Shown here one piece after another: positions 30,384 to 38,998 of a stretch of DNA of 64,000 nt (positions are counted from its first letter, which is position 1; the number at the start of each line of letters is the position of its first letter). Below the pieces are notes generated by a model. That model had not been told where the DNA came from and ran no database searches. It saw nothing but the letters and a program-made list of their open reading frames with translations. This stretch comes from Alphaproteobacteria bacterium (GTDB lineage: Bacteria > Pseudomonadota > Alphaproteobacteria > Rickettsiales > UBA998), in contig RDZH01000011.1 of the NCBI GenBank assembly GCA_004293935.1, positions 13,831 through 77,830 on the forward strand, written 5' to 3'. A program made the translations under genes and the position numbers.

Positions 30384-30424
30384 CCACGCAATGATAAGAT
30401 AGGAGTCATCTTGTCATTGCGTGG
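30384..30424 (+). terminator. Strong stem-loop downstream of the 73-aa ORF (no U-tract)
   Basis: CCACGCAATGATAAGAT-aggagtc-ATCTTGTCATTGCGTGG. 17-bp stem with one G-U pair, 20 nt after the stop codon. Followed by AAGTGCG, so not a canonical intrinsic terminator. Confidence 0.35.
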
Positions 30425-30745
30425 AAGTGCGTTCATAGAACGCCCATTCAATAATGAAACGTACCACTGCCTAAATTGAAAATCATAGGCAGTTGAGCGA
30501 AGCATATGCCACCTTATAGTTTAGAACAACGGCAAGGTAATAACCATGCTTCATCTCAACCACGTGGAAATTTACCAGATTTATGCATACAGCGATAATT
30601 GGATTATTGCTTCGGGCAAATAGCTTTGCGCCTTGGCAGGCATCATAGCGTGATAAGCAGATAAATTGCACGCAACCGCGATGATGGGCGTATCATGCGG
30701 ATCAAGCGCACCATGATGCTACATCACGCCCAATATACGCAAGTT

Positions 30746-30789
30746 CTCGCACGCGTGACATAATAATCTCGCGCATGTGACATAATAAA
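30746..30789. repeat. Tandem 22-nt direct repeat
   Basis: CTCGCACGCGTGACATAATAAT / CTCGCGCATGTGACATAATAAA, adjacent copies, 115 nt from the 3' end of tRNA-Ser. Confidence 0.7.
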
Positions 30790-30903
30790 TGAGTCGTTGA
30801 CTCCTATATCCATCACCCGCACGCACCAACCATCACATTTTTTGTAGGTTGATTGTGGGTGGAATTAAGATATATACAAAATCACATAGTTAATTGCGCT
30901 AAT

Positions 30904-30993
<90 letters not shown>

Positions 30994-31159
30994 AAATAAA
31001 ACACGCTACGAATATCCGTGCGTTCAGCGTCAAACGGTATTAGTGTTATACCCATTTTTCATGAAATGTAAAGTATAATTTTGATGTTTGGTTGATGATT
31101 TCACATTATGAGGATGTGAGGCGCACCCACGCTTTATCATGACACCTATCTGATCGCAC

Positions 31160-31188
31160 AAAACCTAAGCATGTTATGCTTAGGTTTT
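31160..31188 (-). terminator. Bidirectional rho-independent-type terminator
   Basis: Perfect palindrome AAAACCTAAGCAT-gtt-ATGCTTAGGTTTT, with the stem followed by a T run on either strand. Lies 52 nt downstream of the 31240-31995 gene. Confidence 0.55.
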
Positions 31189-31239
31189 CATGCTTAGTAT
31201 GATAACCACTGTATCATCAGCACATCAGGATTGGATGTT

Positions 31240-31995
31240 CTAACGTACAGCAGCCACTTCTTGAGTGCGCGCTTGCACTGGACCATGATACTGATTCGTA
31301 CCTTGTTCTGTTTTTTCTTTAGGGATGAGTGCTTTAGCAGTCAAATAAACAGCAGCCCCAGCAGCAAGCGATCCCGCAACAACCATTGCTTGTTTTCCGC
31401 CACCCAACCCTTTGAATTCATTCAAAGCGTTAGATGAAAATTTACCTATAGAGTTTTTTGCGTTCGTGAAGGCTTCACCAAAATTAAATCCACCCTTGGT
31501 AGTTTCTGTTCCAGCTTCAGTTACTTTTGCAGTCCCTTCTGGCACAACTTCTGCAGCTTTTTCAACGAATTGCTTAGCATTTTCTACAAGTTTTCCAAGT
31601 GCATCTTGGGCATTCTTTGCATTATTTTTAGCATCATCAGACAAACTTTCAGTAGCTTTTCCAAAATTTTTAACTATTTCTTCAGCCGCTTTTTTAAATT
31701 CTTCAGGAGAAGCCTTAGTATTTTTTTTAAGTTCTTCAAGTGCAGCTTTGGCAGCTTTGACCCCTTCTGCAGCACTTTCTGGCAAACCTGCAGCAGCTTT
31801 TCCAAATTCTTCAACTGCGCCGTTAACAAGATCTCCAAAATTATGAACAACTTCTGTAGCGGTTTCAGCAGCTTTTTTCAACATATTGATCAAACCAACC
31901 CCCGTACCAGCCGCTGCTGCAATACCAGTGGTAGCGGATGCCGCTTCTCTAACGAACGTTGTTTTTTCTTTTGGCTTAGATACGGTAGTCACCAT
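31240..31995 (-). CDS. Hypothetical Ala/Lys/Glu-rich helical-repeat protein with C-terminal TM anchor
   Basis: GAGGAG lies 9 nt upstream. Repeated amphipathic units (EEFGKAAAGL, VKNFGKATESL, AKQFVEKAAEV, IGKFSSNAL). C-terminal MVVAGSLAAGAAVYLTA. Terminator downstream. Confidence 0.6.
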   Translation of the reverse strand: MVTTVSKPKEKTTFVREAASATTGIAAAAGTGVGLINMLKKAAETATEVVHNFGDLVNGAVEEFGKAAAGLPESAAEGVKAAKAALEELKKNTKASPEEFKKAAEEIVKNFGKATESLSDDAKNNAKNAQDALGKLVENAKQFVEKAAEVVPEGTAKVTEAGTETTKGGFNFGEAFTNAKNSIGKFSSNALNEFKGLGGGKQAMVVAGSLAAGAAVYLTAKALIPKEKTEQGTNQYHGPVQARTQEVAAVR

Positions 31996-32046
31996 AATAC
32001 ATAACTCCTCATTTATGTTCTTGAATTGTAACTTACGCTAGTTTTG

Positions 32047-32469
32047 TTACATCTTTATGACAGAATTACATAAAAAATGCAAAAAAGGACGATCAGCGGG
32101 TGGCATATCCAAAAAAGCCAATTCTTCAAGGGTGTGCCACGCCATCTTCTGCCCCTCATTGGGATGTGGATCACCCTGCCAATGGGTGCATAGATAAAGA
32201 AGAAGGAGCAAAGGTTGCGTTGTGCCATCGGGGCGCAGAAGCTGGTCTGTATTAAAAGTGAGTGGCGTGCAATCATCGGGATGCACGATCAGATTCAACT
32301 CCTCAGCTAATTCACGGCACAATGCCACATCGGGTGCTTCCCCTGCCTCAATCTTCCCTCCCGGAAATTCCCACAACCCCGCCATCGAAGAACCTTCGGG
32401 TCGTTGCTGTACAAGAAATTGTTTGGTCACTCTATTATATAAAGCGGCAGCGGTAACTAAGATCATCAT
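32047..32469 (-). CDS. mutT: NUDIX hydrolase, MutT-like (8-oxo-dGTP diphosphatase)
   Basis: Nudix box GLWEFPGGKIEAGEAPDVALCRELAEELNL. Confidence 0.85.
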   Translation of the reverse strand: MMILVTAAALYNRVTKQFLVQQRPEGSSMAGLWEFPGGKIEAGEAPDVALCRELAEELNLIVHPDDCTPLTFNTDQLLRPDGTTQPLLLLLYLCTHWQGDPHPNEGQKMAWHTLEELAFLDMPPADRPFLHFLCNSVIKM

Positions 32470-32639
32470 ACATACTTATAGCATAGCACGTGGGTGCGCA
32501 CAACACTTTCAACACCATCTATTGCATCGAAGGTTTTTTCAAAAAAACCATGATATTGTGGCGCAATGTCATAAAAACGTCATAAATATTTGCTAGAGTG
32601 TGAGTTACATAAGTTCATCATATCCTATGAGGCACTCTC

Positions 32640-33260
32640 ATGATTGGCCATCTGATTCAACCAATCTTTCAAGCAGTAACCATCGCAGCGATTGCTTTTC
32701 CGGGCGTTGACTGGATTACAGAATCCATCCTTGAAGGATTTGATGCCGTTGGCACGACGGAAGTCGTCTCTAAAACGATTGAGGCAATGCCTGAAGGATC
32801 GGGCAAGGCTACCGCTTCTATTGCCTTTGGTATTGAACAACTGAATGAAAAATTTGCAGAACTCGCCGCTGCAACAGGCAACGCAATCAACCTAGATGCA
32901 TTGACAAATGCCGATAAACCCCTCACCGCTGCACATTTTACCGAAAATTTCGGGATCATCCCTAAAACATTGCAGGGAATAGCAACGGCTGCACCGGGAA
33001 TTGCCCAAACAGCATTAGCTGAAGAAAATAGAGCCGTCCTGCTCACTGGTATTGGAGTAGGAGGCATAGGTATAGCAATGTCTCCTCCTGCAAGCAAAGA
33101 ACTGAATGTGACGATTACATCGGGAGCGCAACAAGCCATGCAGCTTGCTCGCACTGCCACGGATTCCGCACGTCAAGGCTTAGCATCTGCAAGCAGTTTT
33201 GCACAGCGCATCACCGAACAACGCGCCGAAGCATCCCCTGATGTGGCGCGTGGTGCTTAA
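32640..33260 (+). CDS. Hypothetical Ala/Gly/Thr-rich protein
   Basis: GAGG lies 8 nt upstream. Strong terminator downstream on the same strand. Hydrophobic stretch LLTGIGVGGIGIAM. The antisense ORF 32669-33160 is rejected. Confidence 0.5.
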   Translation: MIGHLIQPIFQAVTIAAIAFPGVDWITESILEGFDAVGTTEVVSKTIEAMPEGSGKATASIAFGIEQLNEKFAELAAATGNAINLDALTNADKPLTAAHFTENFGIIPKTLQGIATAAPGIAQTALAEENRAVLLTGIGVGGIGIAMSPPASKELNVTITSGAQQAMQLARTATDSARQGLASASSFAQRITEQRAEASPDVARGA

Positions 33261-33323
33261 TCATATAGCATTTTCACTCTTATCAATCATCCAAAGATTG
33301 GATAAATGAAAAACGAAAACACT

Positions 33324-33376
33324 ATACTCATCACACATGAAGATGCGTAGTATCAACAAGTGTGATGAGTATTTTT
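33324..33376 (+). terminator. Rho-independent terminator
   Basis: ATACTCATCACAC-(23 nt)-GTGTGATGAGTAT. Perfect 13-bp stem followed by TTTTT. Confidence 0.6.
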
Positions 33377-33380
33377 AATA

Positions 33381-33440
33381 AGATATACCCTTAATTTCAC
33401 TTGGCAGACTCAAATCCTTCAAGTGAAATGGGTATATAAT
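33381..33440. repeat. Hairpin repeat element (family 2)
   Basis: AGATATACCC-TTA-ATTTCACTTG-(16 nt)-CAAGTGAAAT-GGGTATATAAT. Shares TAATAAGATATACCCTTAATT and GAAATGG..GGGTATAT flanks with the reverse complement of 22321-22386. Confidence 0.8.
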
Positions 33441-33443
33441 ACA

Positions 33444-34670
33444 TCATATCGCGCATAATGCATCTGGCAGTTGAATCCGTAATCCCCCTTGTAACATTCC
33501 CCGCAAACGCGCATTGTGCATCCAACCAAGATGATGCACCATCGAAAGTAAGGTGGTAGGGTCGGATAAATGATCCATAAAGCGGGCAATGGATTGCACC
33601 ACACGTATTTGCGCTTCTTGGGGTGGTAGTGTGCCATCGGGATAATGCATCATCAAACACATCAAACCAAGGCGCGTAATCGCATAACGCACGGCAATCA
33701 AGTTCAGACGTTCACGCGCATTGCTTCCATGCCCTGCATAAGGAAAAAGCTGCACCGAATATTGCATCGCACACCAGCGTTTGAGCATCGGTTGCAACGC
33801 CTGATTGCCATAACGCTCCCACCTATCATATAAGTTCGCATAGGATGCACTACTTTGTTCACTAATCATGATGCTTAGCTGCTGTGCATCAAAATGTACG
33901 GCAAGGGCAGAATACATATCCATTAGCGTATGATCTAATCGAGGACGCGAGGTTGGCTTGGATAATGCGATCAACACGCACAACATATTCAGCAAATTAA
34001 AGGCATCACTTGGTTGTACCTCCGGCTGCGGCACGCGCCCCGATGCAGTTCTCAAATAGAAAGGCAGTGCCTCAATCCAATCCGTCATAGCAATCGATGC
34101 CAACGCATCCGCGCTGATAGCACTATGCATCAATGCATCTTCTGCCGTCAGATCCTCGCGTAGCATATAATCGATAAAGATGCGATGCACGGCATAGGCT
34201 TGCTGAGTATCGAGTGACTCAGGCAAGTAGTCTTTCAAACCATAGGGAACGCGTTGTTCGCGTGCATCCCCAAGCGCGACGGGATTCTCATGCCATAACG
34301 CCAAACGTACTACTTCTGGGCATGAAAGCGAGGCACTCATCACCACATCGTCCCCTAAGGAACGCGTAGAACGGGGAAAAAAATTGCACGCATCCCCAAG
34401 GAAATCCGTCCCATAGGCGCGATGAATACCACACCATCCCGCTTCTAATTTTACGCAATGATCCGTCTGTGCATCTCTGCGCATAATATGCTGCGCTTCT
34501 CCTGATGTAATCGCATCAAGCAATTCGGGGGCATGGGTGCGATAACGCTCCACGGTTTCCGCCGTAAGCTGCATACCCCACCCTTTACAGCACGTATCTT
34601 CACAGGCAGAACCCAAACACTCAAATTGCTCAAGTGCTGCAATCGATCGCAATGTGCGCATCGCTAACAT
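33444..34670 (-). CDS. fliB: Flagellin lysine-N-methylase FliB-like protein
   Basis: N-terminal Cys cluster FECLGSACEDTCCKGWGMQL matches the Salmonella FliB N-terminus (SCSGSAC..HCCKGW). Similar length (408 aa). Adjacent to flagellar genes. Confidence 0.65.
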   Translation of the reverse strand: MLAMRTLRSIAALEQFECLGSACEDTCCKGWGMQLTAETVERYRTHAPELLDAITSGEAQHIMRRDAQTDHCVKLEAGWCGIHRAYGTDFLGDACNFFPRSTRSLGDDVVMSASLSCPEVVRLALWHENPVALGDAREQRVPYGLKDYLPESLDTQQAYAVHRIFIDYMLREDLTAEDALMHSAISADALASIAMTDWIEALPFYLRTASGRVPQPEVQPSDAFNLLNMLCVLIALSKPTSRPRLDHTLMDMYSALAVHFDAQQLSIMISEQSSASYANLYDRWERYGNQALQPMLKRWCAMQYSVQLFPYAGHGSNARERLNLIAVRYAITRLGLMCLMMHYPDGTLPPQEAQIRVVQSIARFMDHLSDPTTLLSMVHHLGWMHNARLRGMLQGGLRIQLPDALCAI

Positions 34671-34681
34671 AGAACCAGCCC

Positions 34682-35248
34682 TTACGTTGTTTGCGTACCA
34701 TCAATATTAATGGTCGTGAAATCATCACGCAGCATGTGACGCACCAAATAGGCATTATTGCGCAACACATATTGCTCTGCATGACGTGTCCGCTGATCAA
34801 TCAAAATCGGCGCACGCGCATTGACAGACATACGCACACTATTCATCTCACGATACACATTCACCACTAATAATAGGCTCGTATATTCAGGGATCATATT
34901 TACCGCGTTCATAGCCTCCATCAAATCCGCATGGGCGATGATAAGATTATGCTGGGCAAACGGCAAGGTGATGAACCCTAGCGTATCATCATCCAAACAA
35001 TGCAACAAACGAAAATGTGCAAAACGTTTGGAAGGATAAGGAATCAAGCAATAACGTTGATTTTCAGGCATCCCCAATATGCCCTTTGCAAAAAGCAATG
35101 GCTTGGTATAATCAAGAGCCACCGCACCAAAACGCGATTCAATCTCTACAATACCCGTTCGCTCTGCATAAGGCAAAGCAACGGCTTCGTTAGGCACATT
35201 CACTACTGGGGTATCGGTTAGTACATCTGGCGAGCTGAACATGGTCAT
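34682..35248 (-). CDS. fliW: Flagellar assembly factor FliW
   Basis: IESRFGAVALDYTKPLLFAKGILGMPE...FITLPF...MSVNARAPILIDQRTRHAEQYVL follows the FliW family pattern. Confidence 0.7.
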   Translation of the reverse strand: MTMFSSPDVLTDTPVVNVPNEAVALPYAERTGIVEIESRFGAVALDYTKPLLFAKGILGMPENQRYCLIPYPSKRFAHFRLLHCLDDDTLGFITLPFAQHNLIIAHADLMEAMNAVNMIPEYTSLLLVVNVYREMNSVRMSVNARAPILIDQRTRHAEQYVLRNNAYLVRHMLRDDFTTINIDGTQTT

Positions 35249-35300
35249 AAATTTACTTTTCCCTTATAAATTAACTATATCATCGATGAATAATAACGAT

Positions 35301-36215
35301 TTATCCCAAGAAATCGCTAAGTTTTAATGCTGAAATACGCGCAAATATCTGAAATGTTGCCTGCAATGTTGTCTCTTCCATAGCAACACGCGTAGTCACT
35401 TCAATCGGATCAGCGCGCACTAACGATTCCCCTACCCCTTGATAATAATCACGTAAATCTTCATTGCGCTTATTGATATTTTCTATATCCGTATATTTTG
35501 AACGCACGCTCGCGGTAAGGGAGTTAATCCCCGCAATGGCTTCATCCAACATACTTTGTGATTTTTTCAATGAATCATTCGCACCCGGCACAGGATGTGC
35601 TGTAATCGCATAGGATACCGCAGCAAAAAATTTCTGAAAGGCAGGATCATCAGCACGTGTACTATATTCTATCTCAATATTATCTTGAATACGTGCAATA
35701 ACATTCTCTTTTGATCCTTGATAATAGGCTATATCAACGTCACCTGCTTTTAATGATTCAGGAATCGGATCGACGATCGGCGGCATATCCGTGCGTGTGC
35801 CTGCAAATAAAAAACGCCCCTCAAGGTCGGTATTCAGCTCACGCCCAAAAGCCTCACGCAGATTTTTCATTTGCGTGACAAACTCCATATTATTTGCTAC
35901 CGTTGGGTTATTGCGCAATACCAGCAATTTTTTCACCTCATCCCCAATGGTTTGCATTTTTTCCAATGCTTTTTCTTGCGTTTTAAGACGCGAAACAGTC
36001 TCTGTATTATTCTCAAGAAAGGTTTGCAGCTTATTAACTTCACGATTTAAGGAGACAATTTCCTGCACATCGCCATCATAGGCTTTGAAGGTTCTACCCT
36101 TAAATCCGCTAGAAAGCTGATCTTGAAAACCTGCCAATCGTGTTTGCGTGCGGTTAAAATTTTCAACTGCCCGACTATGGATGGACATGGTGGAAATACG
36201 TGAAATCTCTGGCAT
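35301..36215 (-). CDS. flgL: Flagellar hook-associated protein 3 (FlgL)
   Basis: Flagellin-like N-terminus (RISTMSIHSRAVENFNRTQTRLAGFQDQLSSG) and C-terminus (TLQATFQIFARISALKLSDFL). Directly follows flgK. Confidence 0.8.
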   Translation of the reverse strand: MPEISRISTMSIHSRAVENFNRTQTRLAGFQDQLSSGFKGRTFKAYDGDVQEIVSLNREVNKLQTFLENNTETVSRLKTQEKALEKMQTIGDEVKKLLVLRNNPTVANNMEFVTQMKNLREAFGRELNTDLEGRFLFAGTRTDMPPIVDPIPESLKAGDVDIAYYQGSKENVIARIQDNIEIEYSTRADDPAFQKFFAAVSYAITAHPVPGANDSLKKSQSMLDEAIAGINSLTASVRSKYTDIENINKRNEDLRDYYQGVGESLVRADPIEVTTRVAMEETTLQATFQIFARISALKLSDFLG

Positions 36216-36235
36216 AACAACTCCTTATCTATACA

Positions 36236-38965
36236 TTACACAGCTTGCAATAAATCTTCAAACATTTGATCTGCAACGGAAATAATCCGCGCAGAAGCAC
36301 TATAGGCATTTTGGAACAAAATCATATTGGCTAGTTCTTCATCCACATTCACACCATTAATGCTATCTTGTCGCGTTAAGAATCCATCAAGCAAAATTTG
36401 GTTATCTTTTGCCTCTAACTCCGCCGCTGTGGCTTTGGATGCATGATGGGCAAGCACTTCACCAATATAGCCACTCAGTGACTGCCGTGATGTAGGCAAC
36501 CCACCTGCAGGTTCAAATTGCATGATGGTGGAAGATACTTTCGCTAAATCCTGCACCACGCGGTTTGCACCTTTGTTGCGTTGGTAGGTATAGGTTGGCA
36601 TCGCCCCGAGTCCTGTTTGTTGCAAGGTGCGCTCCGTTGTACCGAGCGAGATAAGATTCGGATTTTTCTTGATACGATCTTCCACATCCAACGTAATGGC
36701 ACTATTTTTCAATGTATCCCCTGTGGGAGTGGGATTATTGCTCTTGAAAAAGTTATTAAGTTCAAAAAAGTGTGAAAATCCTCGATTTGTACCTTGCGCG
36801 AACGGTACGGTTGAGGTCACTCCAAGCTGCTTGCTGGTGAGTTCATCAATCGCCACCGTATGAGTAGGATCGCTAGCAACCAAGGTTAAATAGCCTTCAT
36901 CATAATGATAGTCACCATCAACTTTCGGCAACTCCACGCCATTTTTATCCACCAACATGGCACGAATCCACGGACGATTATCATTCGGAACAAGTCGTCG
37001 TGCATCGCCCGTTGCTGCAATATGATCATGACGATCATTGCGCATATTTTGGGTTTCATTATACACACGGTAGGTGATAAAGGATTCGCTACCCGCTGAA
37101 TCTGCAGGGGCGGTCTCATGAAACACATTCACACGCACACGCACATCATAATATTCTGAAAGTGGCACTGCTGCGGGTATGGAAGCAATAAATGTTCCGT
37201 TCTCATTGGTACGGCGTTTTTCTCCCGCTTCAATCGAATCATACTGACGCGTTCCCACCCTCGGAACATGATTATCTGTCGTAGCAACCGTTTGGGTAGT
37301 ATTCAATGCCACTTCAAATGTATTCGCACCCGTCACAGAAGATACCACAAAAAATCGTCCAAACATCCCCGCCTGTGCGCCAGCACCACCAGTAGGAATA
37401 AACACCCGATCACCCAGCCGCACGCCATGATCCGCTGCGGTAACACGTACTGTATTCGTACCTACAAATGTTTCCGTTTGCGTGATGTTAAAGGTTGGCG
37501 CGCCCTGCGTGAATGTTCCTGCGGCAACACCCATATCATTCAGAATTTCAAAATCACGTACCACAATACGCGCATTTTCTCCTGATATATTATCCATGTC
37601 AAAATCAAATTCAAGGGTTGAAGGCGCGCCATTGGGTAGGACATCCGTCACCGTTGCAAGCTGTATATTATTGATATTTCCCAAACTCACCTTGGTGATA
37701 GGAGGGTTGAAATGATTGTTGATCTCATCAATGAGCGTTTGCACATCTGGTTGCCCCTTGCCTGTACCGCCATTAAGTTTTGAGAGATCAAGCGTGAGTG
37801 GGCGCATCCCCGTATGCGTTTCATTGTCAAAGCGCGAAGTGACGGGTTCACCATTTTTATCCAAGATCGAAATGCGCATCTCACCGCTCCAATCATAGGC
37901 TTCTTGGGCGCGCACCGCACGTGTACCCGTAAGCTGATTCACTCCGGGGAAACTTGAACCATTATTATGGATCGCATTAAATGTATCACGTATTTGTGCA
38001 GCAATCTGATCAAGCTGCTCCACCATCGCAGGCAACATGGTATCGCGCACATGCATCAAGCCGACCATCGATCCACCTTTCATATGGGTGTTCACCGCAC
38101 CACCGACCGCATCATTGCCTGAAGAAAGCTGCTCTGGTGGTGCGATACGCATCCCGTTACGGTGCAAACGATAGACATTGATCGGAAAAATATTCACACC
38201 ATCCACCAGATCATTGCGTCCCGGAATGCCATGATATTCCAATTCATAGGCGGATTCATCTAAGAGCGTCACACCGCTTGCGGCATAAAGAAACACCTCA
38301 TGCGTATCTTGAACCAGCACTTGTACATCCATGAACTCCGCTATTTCATTGATGATTATATCCTGTTCATCTTGCAAACCGCTCACAGGATTGCCTAAAA
38401 CGCCTGCATTGACAATCGCTACATTGATATTATCCAATTTGGCAAGCAAATTATTCACACGCTCCACGCCTTCGTCAATATCGCGATCCGCTTGCAAACG
38501 CAAATCCTCAAACGCACCCGCTAAGCCCGAGATTTCACGCGCCAATATCTGCCCTGAACGCACCGCTGATTCTCGTGAGGCAACACGCTCTGGCGTATCC
38601 CCCAAACGCTGCAAATCATTCATGAAGGTTTTCAGATATTCATCCAGCGTGTTGACATCTCCCGGTCGCCCAAGCAAATTCTGCAAGCGCAGCATATATT
38701 CATTGACAACATCCGTTTGCCTTGTTTCAGAAAGCTGCAAGCGCGTGCTATTATTCAGATATTTATCCACCTTGCGCACCACATCATCAATACGCACCCC
38801 TGCCCCTGTTTGGTCTCTGCCCATATAGACGGCAGATTGCTCCAAAGTTTTGCGTGTGTACCCTTCCGTATTGACATTCGCAATGTTCTGAGACACAACC
38901 GACAATGCTGCCTGATTGACATTAAGCCCTGAGAGTGCGGAGTTAATTGCAAGTTGAAGACTCAT
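36236..38965 (-). CDS. flgK: Flagellar hook-associated protein 1 (FlgK), unusually long (909 aa)
   Basis: N-terminus MSLQLAINSALSGLNVNQAALSVVSQNIANVNTEGYTRK. C-terminus EELANMILFQNAYSASARIISVADQMFEDLL. Confidence 0.9.
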   Translation of the reverse strand: MSLQLAINSALSGLNVNQAALSVVSQNIANVNTEGYTRKTLEQSAVYMGRDQTGAGVRIDDVVRKVDKYLNNSTRLQLSETRQTDVVNEYMLRLQNLLGRPGDVNTLDEYLKTFMNDLQRLGDTPERVASRESAVRSGQILAREISGLAGAFEDLRLQADRDIDEGVERVNNLLAKLDNINVAIVNAGVLGNPVSGLQDEQDIIINEIAEFMDVQVLVQDTHEVFLYAASGVTLLDESAYELEYHGIPGRNDLVDGVNIFPINVYRLHRNGMRIAPPEQLSSGNDAVGGAVNTHMKGGSMVGLMHVRDTMLPAMVEQLDQIAAQIRDTFNAIHNNGSSFPGVNQLTGTRAVRAQEAYDWSGEMRISILDKNGEPVTSRFDNETHTGMRPLTLDLSKLNGGTGKGQPDVQTLIDEINNHFNPPITKVSLGNINNIQLATVTDVLPNGAPSTLEFDFDMDNISGENARIVVRDFEILNDMGVAAGTFTQGAPTFNITQTETFVGTNTVRVTAADHGVRLGDRVFIPTGGAGAQAGMFGRFFVVSSVTGANTFEVALNTTQTVATTDNHVPRVGTRQYDSIEAGEKRRTNENGTFIASIPAAVPLSEYYDVRVRVNVFHETAPADSAGSESFITYRVYNETQNMRNDRHDHIAATGDARRLVPNDNRPWIRAMLVDKNGVELPKVDGDYHYDEGYLTLVASDPTHTVAIDELTSKQLGVTSTVPFAQGTNRGFSHFFELNNFFKSNNPTPTGDTLKNSAITLDVEDRIKKNPNLISLGTTERTLQQTGLGAMPTYTYQRNKGANRVVQDLAKVSSTIMQFEPAGGLPTSRQSLSGYIGEVLAHHASKATAAELEAKDNQILLDGFLTRQDSINGVNVDEELANMILFQNAYSASARIISVADQMFEDLLQAV

Positions 38966-38998
38966 GATAGACTCACTTTATTCATTAGATGATCATAG

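Noticed and set aside
31412-32004. Two 144-aa plus-strand ORFs overlapping the 31240-31995 gene
   Set aside because: These are antisense or shifted frames of an Ala/Lys/Glu-rich repeat gene. The minus-strand ORF is longer, has GAGGAG upstream and a terminator downstream.
32669-33160. 163-aa minus-strand ORF antisense to 32640-33260
   Set aside because: The plus-strand ORF has an SD and a same-strand terminator, and the antisense frame has neither.
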